Source: Chrysomallon squamiferum
Taxonomy: Eukaryota > Animalia > Mollusca
DNA: 64,000 nucleotides
NCBI GenBank assembly: GCA_012295275.1
Contig: CM022672.1
Coordinates: 434,001 to 498,000 of the forward strand
Reading direction: 5' to 3'
A program made the translations under genes and the position numbers. Below the pieces are notes generated by a model that was not told the origin of the DNA, did not search any database, and was given only the letters and a program-made list of their open reading frames with translations. This document shows, piece after piece, positions 39,601-52,845 of this stretch (position 1 is its first letter; the number at the start of each line of letters is the position of its first letter).

Positions 39601-42600
39601 GTAATGTTGTGTGAGTCACATACTGTGATGTCTGAAATCAGGATACAAAACAATCATTTCTCGTTTCCTTGTGTTCATGACAAACATCAACTCAACAACT
39701 TTGTCCAAAAAAGGCCCAAAAAGTCAGAAAATATTTACGACTGCTAGTGCTAAAAATCCTCATTTTCAGATTAAGATAAATAATTCCAGATGGAATGAAT
39801 ACACTGTGTAGATTATTTACGTACTTGGTAATAGTTGATGAGACGAATGAGCATGGAGACAACGACCTCTCTCTGTGTCTCCAAGTCTTTGCTCACGTCA
39901 GATTTTGCTGATCCCCTCAGCAGAAACAAGTCATACACAACATGCTGCAGTGCCGGAATTGCTGAAATAGTGAAACACTCAAGTGTAAATGCCTGTACAG
40001 AGAAATTAAATTACCAACATTAAACTGGTTTTATCTCATAACATAATGCAGTGTTTCCCAACTGGGGCTCCTTGGAGCCCTTGTGCTCCGCGAGAGATGA
40101 CATAACTAATAAATAAAAAAGGAGAAACTGGGGGCAGTTAGATGGACAGAATGAAATAGACAGAACAAACGAATACACCTACAATAACATTACAGTGATT
40201 ACTATGTACAATGCACATGGATAATATGGATAACATACCTAATTTAAATAGTAATTTGTATAAATAAATAACTATTTAATTAGTTAAAGTGTAAATAGTT
40301 TCTAATATAAAAAAAACAAGTTTACTTTACTTTTCAGGTAAATCATTAGTATTGTGCAGAAGCAAAAATATTCGTGACTGATGACGTACTGCCAACCCCT
40401 TGCATTAAGACGCACGTGGTTGTTAGAAGCACATGAGTTAGTTGCAAATAGAGCAGTGTGGGTGCGTGTTGTGTTTTGTCTTCCCTCTTACCTGCCAATA
40501 TTTGAACACAATTTTTAATGCGTGAAAGATGATGAAGTATTTGAAAAGAAGACGTGCAAGTGAAGAAGAGGATAGTGGAGATGAGCAACACAGCAGAGCA
40601 AAGTACAAGTAAGATAGCTAAAGTGGGTGAGACTAAAAAAAATCTTCGTTACAATAGACATATTTGGCCTTTGGGTTCACATGGACTGGTGAACAAAACT
40701 GTCAACTTCCATTGTGCATTGTTTGTGGGAAAACACTTGTTAACGCAGCTATGTTTCCGGCCAAGTTACAGGGCCATTTCACAGCTAATCAGTCAGTTGT
40801 TAAATAAAGATACTGATTACTTTCAAAGACTTCTTAAATCCAATGGTAAAGCCCCTACGTCTCACACTACCTGACTAACGGTAAGAAGTTATGTTATAAT
40901 GTTAATATATTTTTTGGACTTCTGTTGCTTTAGTTTTGTCTTATTTTGTTTTAGCTGGTAAAATAAAATAAATGTGTGTGTGTGGGGTGGGGCACTGCAG
41001 GATATTAAAAAATGTTATAGGGCTCCGCATTGATGAAAAGGTTGGGAATCCCTGACATAATGTAATACAATAATTACAAGTGTCTACCATATTAACTCAA
41101 TTCAAAATCATATTTTTATAATATTTAAATTATGTATCAAAATCTGATGAAATATCCATAAAATTCAAGACAATTCTGTTTTGCTACTCAAAATATTGTC
41201 ATTTTATTTTAAATGGATAAATTGTTTTGAAATAATAAAATAATTTTTTCAATTGAAATGGAAGAATATATAATTGTAACTAAGTGAAACAAATTGTGTT
41301 TTATATACAAATCACTCTTTACCATGAGTTGTAGGTTGGAGTCCACTGGCCATGATCCCATCACAGCGGTGAATGATGCGAGGCATATCAATGATAGATT
41401 TACCATGAAACCTCTCATATGACAGCAACACCAGGAATCGGAAAATGTGAGGAATTAACAACTCTGAGTTCCTGTTCAAATTATAATTATTTATGTTACT
41501 AAATAAATAATACAATTATGTCTAAAATTTAAAAAGGAGTTTTATAAAGAAATTTTGAAAATATTTTCATTTTAATATATATTTTCTTTATTTTGTACAT
41601 ACAACTATAATAATCACAGTAACAATAAAAACAGCAATGATGACAATAATAATAATGACAGTAATGATGATGATAATTATGATTATGAAATAATCATTGT
41701 AAATAATAATAATAATAATAATAATAAAAATAACAGTAACAATAATAATAACAATAATATAAAGATTCAAACCTAATCTGTCCCTCTTCGATGTACTCAA
41801 ACTGTTTAAGAACAAAGCCAATGAAGATTTGGTCTGAGTCAAGCAAACAGTAGTTGACTCTGAGTTGAACAAGCTGTGAGAGAAGATCAAGTACTTCACG
41901 TTGTAGGTCCAGTGAGCTCGTCACTGTGTACTGCTTTAGAGCTTTAATCACCAGAGGCTCAAACAGTCGGATATAGGAACCTATCACACCCTGTCAAATA
42001 AATAAACAAACATATAAATGTGTGTGTCATTTGTATATAATCACAGTGCAATAAAGGTGCATGTGTATGTTGTTTTCTTTTATTTTATGAACACATAGAA
42101 ATGTCAGTCTATAGCAGTTAAATTATAAACTTTGTAGTATTTGAATAATTATTTAATATTGTGTTAAACAATAACCATATTCTAACTCAAGTCTGAAAAT
42201 GTTAATTACCTTGTCAATTTTACTTCCTGGTCTAAGTATGGCTGGTATCTTTTTTTCTACTCGTTTTCTCAACCACTGCAAGGTGCTGTCAAAATAACAG
42301 TTTTATTTTATTTGTAAGTTCTAAATTATACTGCAATATCTCAACTATAATACAATGTTGTCAAAATAACAGTTTTCTTTTTCTTTTACAAGTTTTAAAT
42401 TAAAATAACAATATCCCAACTACAGCAAAATGTTATCAAAATAACAACTTTATTTTGCTTGAATAAGTTCTAAATTAAATTACAATATCTTAACTAAAAG
42501 AAGAATGTTGTCAAATCAGTGTTACAATTTTATTTTATTTCTCATATTATTATTATTTTAATACTTTTAACATCAGTTTACTGTATTTTTGTACTTAAAA

Positions 42601-45600
42601 AGTGTTTTTCAGTGTTTGACACCACAGAGAAGAATCTGATTCAATTTAATTATCAAAGAAAGACAACATAAATAAAAATCACTGATTTCACCAACCTCTG
42701 TGTTTCGTCCTGATCACTTTGGCTGGATGCTCTGAATGAAGCCCCAGCGAATGACTGAATGAGAAGTGTGTACGGCTGATTGACACAACACTCGTACAGA
42801 CTGGGCTTGCCACAGCTCACACACGACGTCTTACTGTTCTTACGAGACTGGAACACTGCCTGCTGAGAGTCACACTGGTTCGCAAGATTAGTGCCAAACA
42901 GTGCCTTCAGCAACTGAAAACAGTTATAACACGTCATATTTCTCAAAACAGCTAGTGTTTTACCTTTCCAACATTGAAGAAAGATAATGTAAATAATTAA
43001 GATTATGAAGACAATGAAGATGAATAAGAACAAATTAAGGTAAATGAGAAATGAAGAGAAGTAAGAAGACAATGAAGATAAATAAGAAAAAATAAAGGTA
43101 AATAAGAAATAAAGATAATTAAGGAGAACTGAACACAAATGAACATAAATAAGAAAATGATGAAAATAAATAAGCAGATAATGAAGACAAATGTTTATAA
43201 AAAAACACACCTGCTGTACACAAAGGACAGTGTAGGTGGGTTCCAGTGAAATTGTGCTTTTCAGGTAACCCAGGAATTCCTCAGCATGTTTACCAATGTC
43301 AAACAAAGTTGCTATTTCTAGTACCTGTGACAACACTGTCAGTATCGTCCTCAACAAACTGCAAAACTTGTCAACACTCAACAGATCTAGAGATGTCTGA
43401 AAAAACAAAAAAGTATAATCCATCGGGTTAGAATTTCACATAAAAGAAAGAGTTACCTGTATTTTTTCAAATGCCCTGAACTTATGAGCAAAGAGTAAAA
43501 TTTGTAGACAATATATAAAATTGTTTTATTCAATATAATTAACTGTATTAATTTTGACAAAACTGCAATTCCTAAATTACAATAGGTAAAATCAAAATAA
43601 TTGTAATAAAGAATTTAAATTAAAAATAAATAAAACTTTCTGTTATTTAGCTTAATTTATAAATGCTGAAAGTTACACACTATGTAAATTAGTTGTTTTG
43701 AATTCAGAAAAGTCTTACTTTGTAATTAGAGTAAGCTCCCCTGAGCACGTCATACAGCTTGGTGTACTGTGGTAGATTGTAGAACTGACCCAAACCTTCC
43801 TTCTTTTTCTTGTCCTTCTCATTCTCCTTTGTGTCTGTAACAACATTTATAATATTCATTACACAATGTAAGTCAAAATATTATACACTTGACAGAGGCT
43901 AGTGTCATCTGAATATTTGTGTACAGGTAGCTGGTTTATATACACATTTCATACATTACATGATAGTTAGTAACTTAATAAGCTGAAGATTATTAAAAAC
44001 ATTTACAGCAGAAGCTGCAATCAAAATAATCTGTAAAATTTATGATTCTTATGGTAATGTTTTGTAGAAACTAAACAAATTAATGTTGATTGTAGTATTA
44101 CAAATAAATACAATCTGATGAAGAAAATGTTATTAACAGTCAACATCAAAATATTCATTTGGTATCTGACATAAAATGCCTTAAATGAAAAAAGAAATAT
44201 GTCAACAAAATCTCAGGTAAATACATATAAACCTGCTGATACAGAATATTAAAAAGAAAATCAGTAGAAACATCTTTAATCATTCAAATATTCTACATTT
44301 AAACTTCACCTTTCTGAGGAGTCTTTTTGTCTGTCTTGCTGTCTGAGGAAGGCAGACTGGTGCTTGATGGAGTCTCTTTGTCAGTTTTTGTCTTTCTTTT
44401 CACTGGACTAAGAGAGGGGGCATTGGGTAATGAGGGTAGGGAGGGTTTTACCTGGGGTGGACCAGGTGTTTGTTCTTCTATCACATGTGAGCAGGCATTC
44501 AACAGTCTGAAATATGTGAATACAACACATGTAATTCAACAAACTATAAATAAAAGTTGTTAATAAAGTGAATGAGTAGTTCAGTAATTAGTCACTCAAA
44601 ATCTACATGACAGATATTCAGTGAACCGTGTAGTAGAAAGCAGATACTCACTAAGAAAAACAGGTGTTAATTACTAAGAGAGTTGGAACAGTTACTGAGT
44701 CAGCGTGATGGCTCTGTAACTGATCTGTGAGTGTGGTTTGCTTCTCATCCAGTTGCATGGTTCAGTGAATGGATTAGTTATTCTGTACTCACCGAGCAAC
44801 ATGGCTGAGTAGCTGGTCTACAAATGGTGCAAGTTGTCTGTCAGATATACAGGTCCATCTCACATCCTCTGTGGAGCTGCTGGTACTCACTGAGTCATCT
44901 GCTGGCCGCAAACACTGATATGCAGAACCTGCAGAGAAAGTGTCTCTGTCAAAACTGTGTTTATCCTTACATCAAGAAATTAAGTACATAATAAGCTATT
45001 TTCCAATCTTGTACTGTAATATACATGATCTGAAAAATTACAAAATTGTTAAATAATTTAGTTAACCATAAGTAAGTGTTTAAAAGTAATCAATGCCTAA
45101 TATATTTTTCTGTTACGAAAATATAATCATAAATATTAATAATTTTCTATTATTTTTAGTTCTATGTATATTAAACAACAAATAAAGGAAATATTTACAT
45201 TTAAATTATGATATTTTAAAAAAAAACACAAATTGTTTAAAACATCTGATGTGTAAATCTGGCTGTAACAATGATACTTTTAGTGAAATGATTAAACAAA
45301 CCTGCTACAAGATTTCCTGCCAACTGCAGCACATCCTGGTGAGTGGAAATGTCAAGGACTGCAGGGGAGGAGATTAGAAGAGCCAGGATGACTGGTACAG
45401 GTCCTCCTCCTGAACCAGAAGTCAAGTCCTCCAGACTAAACGTACTGTTAACAAAACAAATCACTATAAATATTGTAAATAATATGTTTAATGTCTTAAA
45501 CACTTTAAGAATGACTAACACTACACTAATTACTGGTATAAAGCAATTGGCAAATGTGAGAAATGTCAAGGAACTGTGTAGATAGATGTAAGTCTTATGT

Positions 45601-48600
45601 AAATGTAATTATAAATACTTTATGTTTCACCTAGAGGAACTCAAAGTGTAGATGCATATTTTATGTAAATGTAATTATAAATACTTTATGTTTCACCTAG
45701 AGGAACTCAAAGTGTAGATGCATGTTTTATGTAAATTTATGTAAATATTTTACCTAGAAGAACTCAGAGATCGGCTGGGTGGTCGTTTCATGTTCAGGCG
45801 ACTGCTGCCATCTTTGGGGAGGAGAGGAGTTGCAGGGCCACAACCCCATGACGATGCATGTCTGGTGACAAGGTAATTCTCAGCCAACATACACAGGGCA
45901 TGACAACATCCACTCTGTCAATACAATGTTCACACAGTGTTCACTAATAATTTTAACTTCAGTGCTGATATTATAATCTTATCACAGATATAAAGGGACT
46001 AGCTTTACAAAAACAAAATTTAGATAGTGAAATATACTGCTAATATATTATTTTATTAAACTCTGAAATACTGAAGAGAAACTACCCTTCAATAATTTAC
46101 ATTTTAAAGTAATCAGTTATTATTAAAAATAATAAAATATCTGTGACAATTTTCTTTTGAAGTTTAAAACAATGTTTACCATGAAATATTTTGATTTAGA
46201 AATGTAAAGCTGATGCATCAGTTTATGTACAATTCTTGACAAACTGCTTTCTATGTGTGTGTGGATGGTGTACATTGGACTCAGATCAAATGGTTTCACC
46301 AGCCCCTGTACCAGTGGGGGTGGATCTTCAGCCCAGTCATGTAGTATGGGTTGTAGAAACTGTGTGGTGATGTCTTCTGAGTATGCCATCACAGGGTCCT
46401 GATGAGGGTTGTCAACAGCAAAAAACAGTCGTGGTATTAGTCTGAAATGTAAATATCAAACAGATTTAGAGACAAAGATTATAATTTTTATTGCTGATGT
46501 TACAGTAACACTTGCAACTTGAAGTGGTGTAACTAAAATCTTTTAGCATAAGAGATTTTTAAAATGGTAACAAGTTTCAACCTTAGCAACGTCCTTGATG
46601 CTGCATGTCGTACACGCATGTCCTCATCACCTAACAGAGGCAGGATGACCTCATCAATGTAGTGCTCTTGTAGACACAACTTCTGTTTAAATATACAACA
46701 ATGAATTTATAATGGTCATATTTAACAGGAGAGAAATGATATACATAAATAAATTCGGGTTACAGGTAACAAATTGAATTATTTCAATCATTTCTATCTC
46801 TAACTAAAGTTAGTGACAATGAAATAAACATTAAAACATGTAAATATGCTGGGTTTTCAAGTTAGCAGTGTATTTTACAGAGTAGTGGTAACAAAAATAG
46901 CTACACATTGAAGTATTTGAAGTTAATAAAGTGAAATTGTTTTCAACATTAGATATAGTCTTACACCAAGGAAGTGATGACCCTTTATGAAGTCAATACA
47001 TATTCTCTCAAGATAGTTCACAACTTTGAAGTTGATTCCTCCAAGAAGGTCTAGAAGTTCAACCTGAAATATTTTACATTCTCTTTTACATAGATTATAA
47101 CAATTTATATTATTCTGTTCTACATGTACATTTCACAGTTTACTTTATGTTTTATATATATATATTTCACAATTCACTTAATGTTTTACATACATATTTC
47201 ATAATATACTTAATGTTTTACATACATATTTAAGAATTTATTTAATGTTTTACCTATAATTCACAATTCACTTAATGTTTTACATACATATTTCACAATT
47301 TATTTAATGTTTTACATACATATTTCACAATTTACTTAATGTTTTACATATATTTCATAATTTACTTAACCTTAGCCCTGTTTTTATGTGAAGACAAAAT
47401 TTACCTTGACCAGCCAGTATGGGTTTGTTTTAATTTCTAGCAGATCAAGAAGAATATGCAGAGCTAGTTTGCCATGACAACTCTCAATGAGCTTAGACAA
47501 ACAGAGCTGTAGAGCAGATAGAGCCTGACGTGTGGCCAGTGATGAGTCATCTTCAAGTATGTTTATCAAGATTTCTATCAAGTGTTCTACTGACAGTTTG
47601 CCTGCAATGTAACACAGTATGTTTATCAAGATTTCTATCAAATGTTCTACTGACAGTTTGCCTGCAATGTAACACAGTATATGTTTATCAAGATTTCTAT
47701 CAAGTGTTCTACTGACAGTTTGCCTGCAATATAACACAGTATATGTTTATCAAGATTTCTATCACGTGTTCTACTGACAGTTTGCCTGCAATGTAATACA
47801 GTATATGTTTATCAAGATTTCTATCAAGTGTTCTACTGACAGTTTGCCTGCAATGTAACACAGTATATGTTTATCAAGATTTCTATCAAGTGTTCTACTG
47901 ATAGTTTGCCTGCAATATAACACAGTATATGTTTATCAAGATGTCTATCAAGTGTTCTACTGACAGTTTGCCTGCAATGTAACACAGTATATTAAGTGTT
48001 CTAGTTTGTCTACAATACTAAGCAGCATAAAATGATTATCCTTCTGTCAAGTGTTTAATAAAACTATAATTTGTGAATATTTACAAACAAAATTTGAGTA
48101 TGATTTTAATATAAGTTGATTATAAATTAATACTAACCTAAGTCAGAAGGTGAGTGTAGTTTGAGCCACTTGTTGAAATCAGCTCTGCCTTCAACAAGAA
48201 CTTTGTGTATGAGAGAACCAATAATGGCTGCCGTATTTCCTTTGAGCTGAGGGTCAGGGTGACTGGCATACAGAAGTACATCATTAATATCCTGATCTCT
48301 TCCTGACAAAATAAAAAAACAAATGTATATATGTGAAACAAAAATAAAATTATTACTAAATGAAAAAATATTAGGAAATAAATATATGTGTAGAATATTT
48401 AAAGATGAAAAAATTTTCAATATGCCCTGAAGATAAAAATATACTTTATAATTTTTGAAATAACTCATATTTTTTTATCATCAATTAAAATAACTGAAGA
48501 TCAACTAACAATTTCTACTATCCTACAACATGTTTAAAATAAAACTATTTACCGGCAAAGCTGTGAGGGAACAACTTGTAAAAGAAGACATGAGGATAGA

Positions 48601-51600
48601 GGGACAGACTAGAGGCCACACACCCCAGAGCCAGAGACTTGAGACTGACCCTGGCTATTTTGTCTGGAAGCAACACTCCACACTCCCCCATTAACAGAAA
48701 CCTCCTACACAGCAGCCTAACACAGAAAACCAGGGGCAGTTCATCATCAAGTAGAGACCCCACATCACACCCTCTCTCCTCAGTCATCCCTGGTGGGAGG
48801 GGGCTTGGGAGTGGACTGTCCTGAAAGTCAGTGACATCAAACACACTGGGATTTCCATTCAAATCCTGCAGGGATCCCTTTCTAAGTAAAGGTTTTCGCT
48901 TTGGACTTATACTTTTTATGCTGAACAAAGTCTCAACACTGCTACTGTGAGACAGAACAGATCTTTCTGACTTCTCCTCATTTAAGTCAGCAATTTCCAC
49001 ACTTGAGTAGTTAGTGTCTGATGTCACCACTCTCGACATGGATATCACTTCTTTGTTGCCAACTTCATCATCTACAGCTGCTACATCATCCAGTGATGTT
49101 GAAGTTACAGAGACTGACCGTATGTCTGACTGGATTTCAGAAACAGTAGGCTCGGTACTGATGGCCTGACTGTGCAGCTCAGAACTGTCAGCATCATCCT
49201 CCAGTCCTGTATCATCAGAAACTGCAGGAACATCAAAACTACCTGAAAACAAAACAGTACAAAGAACTTATTTAAAAACAACAACAAGATAATAAAGTAA
49301 AAAACAATTTAAGAAAAAAAGAGATGACATGGCAATAAAAAATATCAAACTACTCTATTTTACTAATCAGAGAGATATTAAAAATATATCTATTTATGAA
49401 ATGTTCTCCAGAAATCAGACATAGACTAAATAATTATCAAAGTCAATGACAACTTGATAAAATCTTTATAAAATAAAACTTGAAGATTCACAATGAAATA
49501 GGAATTAGTTGTAGCTCAGTGGTTACAATGGACACTCACTTTCTTCCTGAAGTCCTCTTCCATGTTCATAATCAGCTTGAAAAATCAGAGATGTTTTAAT
49601 ACTTCCCTTTGTCAGCAGGACCTGTAGGAGTTGTGAAGGAGGTGATCGTAGCAGTTGCTGTAAGGATTCCAGTGATGCTGTGGCCACATTGTGGTCAGGA
49701 TGTCGTGTGAAATGTAACAACAGCTGAAACAGCTGTTGAGTAATACAAACAGTGCAATGTAAAATATAGTCATCTAATAAAATAATTTTAAAAAAAAGAG
49801 TAAAATATTATCAGGCATATTCTCTTCATGGGCTGTTCTTTGACCCAGAAAGCTATTCATAAACATAGGTTTTTGAGGTGAACATAGCAGGAATGATTGT
49901 AGCAAACCAATACTTTATGTACTATATATAATATAAAAATATCTCAAAAATTAACAAAGTAATAGTATTAAAAAAAAAATTTAACTCATAAAAATTAAAA
50001 GTATTAATTGTTTATGTATTACAGACTGTTAAATTAATATTTAAATAAATATAACTTTAACAATTTTTTAATTCATAAAAATGAATATTATTATATATAT
50101 TTACCTTTGTTTCAGTTTCAAATTAATATTTAAAAACAAATACCTTTAATAATTTTTAAATCACAAAAATGAAAATTATATATGTTTATCTCTGTTCAAA
50201 CTCTAATAAATCTTTACATACCTTCTGAACATGCTCATTGTTAACTCCTTCGTGCGAGTCTCTCTGCATCTGCCCGAAACTTCCCTTCAAACCCTGCTCC
50301 GTGGTTGCTGTGTTACTCAGCTGTGGAATCATGTGACGGAAACACAGAATGACCCCCAGCAGAGTATATGTGTCATGAGGTATGTCTACAGGTATCACAA
50401 GCTCTGAAATAAACATCACAATACTGTCCACTTAAAACCATTCACAATATTTTTATATTACAATAGTATGAGAGTGTAGATCTGCAGCTGACAAAGAATC
50501 AGTTATATTCACTGAGATGTTAATATAAAATTATTATTTCATAATCAGGAAGACAAAAAACAAAATCCTTTAAAATACAAGTAATAGTACAGCATTACTG
50601 TGATATACATCAAGTATCATACCATGTACATACAGAAAAATATCTGACAAGAGAATGTCCCAACTTCTTAACCATTATTTTATTCTGTCAGAGTAAAATA
50701 AAAAATAATTAGCCTCTATTACAGTATGATTCTACGTTTACTGAACAGAGCAAGTATCTAAATCTGGAATCAGTGGAACATTGTCTGGCATGTTTGTTTA
50801 AAAGAGAGGATGTACAAACCAAGTAGCATGTCTACAAGGTAGGAGAGGAAGGAGAGAGGACTGCGGGAATGTTGACAGATGAGGACCAGACTGCTGGCAG
50901 CTGCACGTCGACACATTGCAGAACTTGACTTGAGGTTGATGCTAAACGCACTCAACAACGCTTTCACCTCTGAGTCGTTGGCAAACACCATCAGTGAAGG
51001 ACAGATTTTCAACATCGCCGTTGACAGCGTGTCCTGAATTGCCTCCTCATCTCTCCGACAAATCCGAGCTAGACATGGCAGCAGGTTTACAATGTACGGT
51101 CTGGAAACAGAATATTTTGTTAATTCTTTGTAAAATTAAAATCAGAAACGTTATCTAAGTTTAATATATATTGTCTGAAAATAAAATATTTAAAAATAAT
51201 CAGTCAAATTATCTAAATTGACATATTCTCTTGGTTAGGTCAGATATAATCAGTAACACTGTTGGACAGACATTATGCACTGGTTTATTTCTTACACCAA
51301 CAGTTTTGTATTAAAACTGACAAATCAACTGTGCTGCTGTATAAAACAGAACTTCAGTCTCTTCAGTTATTTAAATTTCACTGTAGTTTACATTTAAGTA
51401 ACTTTTAAAACTATAAAAGCTGTCACAAGTGATTCTGGAATTATAAACTATCTGTTCTAACTGCTTATTTCTGATAATATAGCGATACATTATGATTTCA
51501 GTGCAACTTCCAGTGTGGATTTGAACTGACTGACCTGCATTTCTGAGGTCTGATAAGATGACACATATCAGCAAATCTCCAAAGAGCAGCTCGGAGAGAG

Positions 51601-52845
51601 CGTGATGCTCCATTTTTCTTTATTTCTTTGTACAGCTCCACCTGCAGGCGACCCAGATTTGTCTCCAGTAAGATCTGTAAACAGTTAACATTCATTCTAA
51701 ATTCTGTTTTCACTTTTAATTTATCAAACAGTAAAATACCTCATCATAATTTAGAGTAGTTATACATGTTATATATCAACCGAATGGGTCTCTGTAATTA
51801 TGCATGTGCGTCTTTCTGATATACATATGTAGAGAAACACACATAAATCCACACACACACACTCACTTTTGAAGAACTGACATAATATCAGTGTAAAACA
51901 AAATATTATTCAACAGAAACAGTCTTCAGTGCTCACTTTTATTGTTCTGTTGAGACATTCGTCTGCCACTAGTCGTACATCGGCTTCACTGTCATCACAC
52001 AATGTTAGGAATGCCTCCATCGCGATACCAAGAAACTTAGGAAAATCTGGGATCGATCTAGAGAATAAAGCAATGTGATCATCAGAACAGTCTATAACAA
52101 AAACAATATTGATAAAAATAATAGTAGTAGTAGCAGCAAACAGTAATAATAAAAATTATTAACAACACTACTATTACTACTACTAATAATAGTAGTAATA
52201 ATAGAAATAATAATAATAATGGTATCAGTGACAATAATAATATTAGTAATACTAATAACAGTAATAGTAATAATGACAATGGTGATTGATTAATGCTGGA
52301 TTTTACATATTCACCTCAGACTGGGTGATTGTAAACTCACCGCATGTTGGGAGCACAGATACAATCTGCAATGACATTACAATTCACCATCTTTTCTTTC
52401 TTGGTAGGTGGAGTTTCTTTTTTTCTATAAAAGATAACAATATTAATTTGTAATTACAAAATATTTTATCTTAATGGTCTTTATATGTTTAACATAATTT
52501 TTGAATAACTTTTATTAATATTTCACCTTAAATCATAATATCTGAATTCTAAACAAAAAGTAAATCTAGAAATGTTGCTGTAGCAACTAAAATTTTAACT
52601 CAAGTGAAGTTTTAAATATTCTACTGTCATGTATTTGTCCTAAATATGCAACAAAAATAGAGCAATAAGCATTTAAAGCAGATGAAAATTATATTTAGAA
52701 CAATCACTCTGAGAAGTTAAAAAAAAGGAACAAAGAAACAATTCCAAAACTTTATTTACTTTGCTGATTCATCCATGACAACTCCTCCAGGTTGAAAAAC
52801 CTTCAGACCTTCAAAGGCTTTGATTAATTTTTCAATAGTCGCCAT
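21375..52845 (-). CDS. HTT: Huntingtin, full length, about 55 coding exons
   Basis: Starts [18 protein letters not shown] (ATG at 52845). Diagnostic peptides include [42 protein letters not shown]...[83 protein letters not shown] and [15 protein letters not shown]. Stop TAG at 21375-21377. Confidence 0.98.
21562..21817 (-). other. U12-type GT-AG intron (last HTT intron)
   Basis: Donor GTATCCTTTT and perfect branch site TCCTTAAC (21570-21577) a few nt before the AG. Confidence 0.95.
22443..22690. repeat. About 28-bp degenerate repeats overlapping an HTT acceptor
   Basis: atcccttttttaattctagacaaacac recurs; the first copy is the real acceptor and exon start (RIKKGY). Confidence 0.8.
25165..25380. 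repeat. About 38-40-bp repeats overlapping an HTT donor
   Basis: ttttgtttacttgtttaca...atgaaatagatt about 5-6 times; the last copy is the real exon end (AVNK|gtaaac). Confidence 0.85.
25590..25850. repeat. About 43-bp intronic minisatellite
   Basis: tactactgaattaaatactaaacaacttacagttacatacaaa about 6 times. Confidence 0.85.
28225..28445. repeat. About 30-bp degenerate repeats overlapping an HTT donor
   Basis: agaggtttgtcttacctggttt-like units, about 7 copies. Confidence 0.75.
32688..34275. repeat. 89-bp tandem array, about 18 copies, anchored on an HTT acceptor
   Basis: Unit gtaaaatatataaacacagataaatacagtaagtctgctagatatatgttactgtatattactatagaagaggttaatctggtatctgt; the first copy overlaps the exon start RHARLASLL. 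Confidence 0.97.
37946..38337 (-). other. Probable GC-AG intron in HTT
   Basis: Phase-0 donor ATT|GCAAGT gives FAPASDI|SCTQGLQSW, the same length as human FVTPNTM|ASVSTVQLW (recalled). No strong GT alternative nearby. Confidence 0.65.
38968..39565. repeat. About 40-bp tandem array, about 14 copies, anchored on an HTT acceptor
   Basis: ctgctgaaacacaaacaacacaaactatcatttata units; the minus strand reads tgtgtttcagcag. Confidence 0.93.
40049..41054 (+). mobile_element. Non-autonomous hAT (Charlie/Buster-type) DNA transposon with internally deleted transposase
   Basis: 8-bp TSD ACATAATG (40041-40048 and 41055-41062). TIRs CAGTGTTTCCCAAC and GTTGGGAATCCCTG match at 12 of 14. Frameshifted BED zinc finger [10 protein letters not shown]...[24 protein letters not shown]...[10 protein letters not shown] at about 40658-40840. 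Confidence 0.93.
42280..42515. repeat. About 70-bp degenerate repeats overlapping an HTT acceptor
   Basis: tgtcaaaataacagtttt...aagttctaaatta about 4 times. Confidence 0.7.
45575..45768. repeat. About 66-bp repeats overlapping an HTT donor
   Basis: cacctagaggaactca copies at about 45628 and 45694 versus the real tacctagaagaactca at about 45751. Confidence 0.8.
47160..47370. repeat. About 31-bp intronic minisatellite
   Basis: atatttcacaattcacttaatgttttacatac about 6-7 times. Confidence 0.85.
47557..47992. repeat. 60-62-bp tandem array, 7 copies, each containing the HTT acceptor and exon start
   Basis: Exon-start positions at 47601, 47661, 47723, 47785, 47847, 47909 and 47971. Visible as the duplicated peptide [15 protein letters not shown] in the ORF track. 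Confidence 0.96.
52760..52845 (-). CDS. HTT: HTT first coding exon (N17)
   Basis: [29 protein letters not shown], then a gtaaat donor. An acceptor tttcag at 52873 implies an upstream non-coding exon. Confidence 0.95.

Noticed and set aside
52315-52340. Alternative downstream donor GAG|gtgaat for HTT exon 2
   Set aside because: The extension introduces an immediate in-frame TGA and there is no evidence of use.
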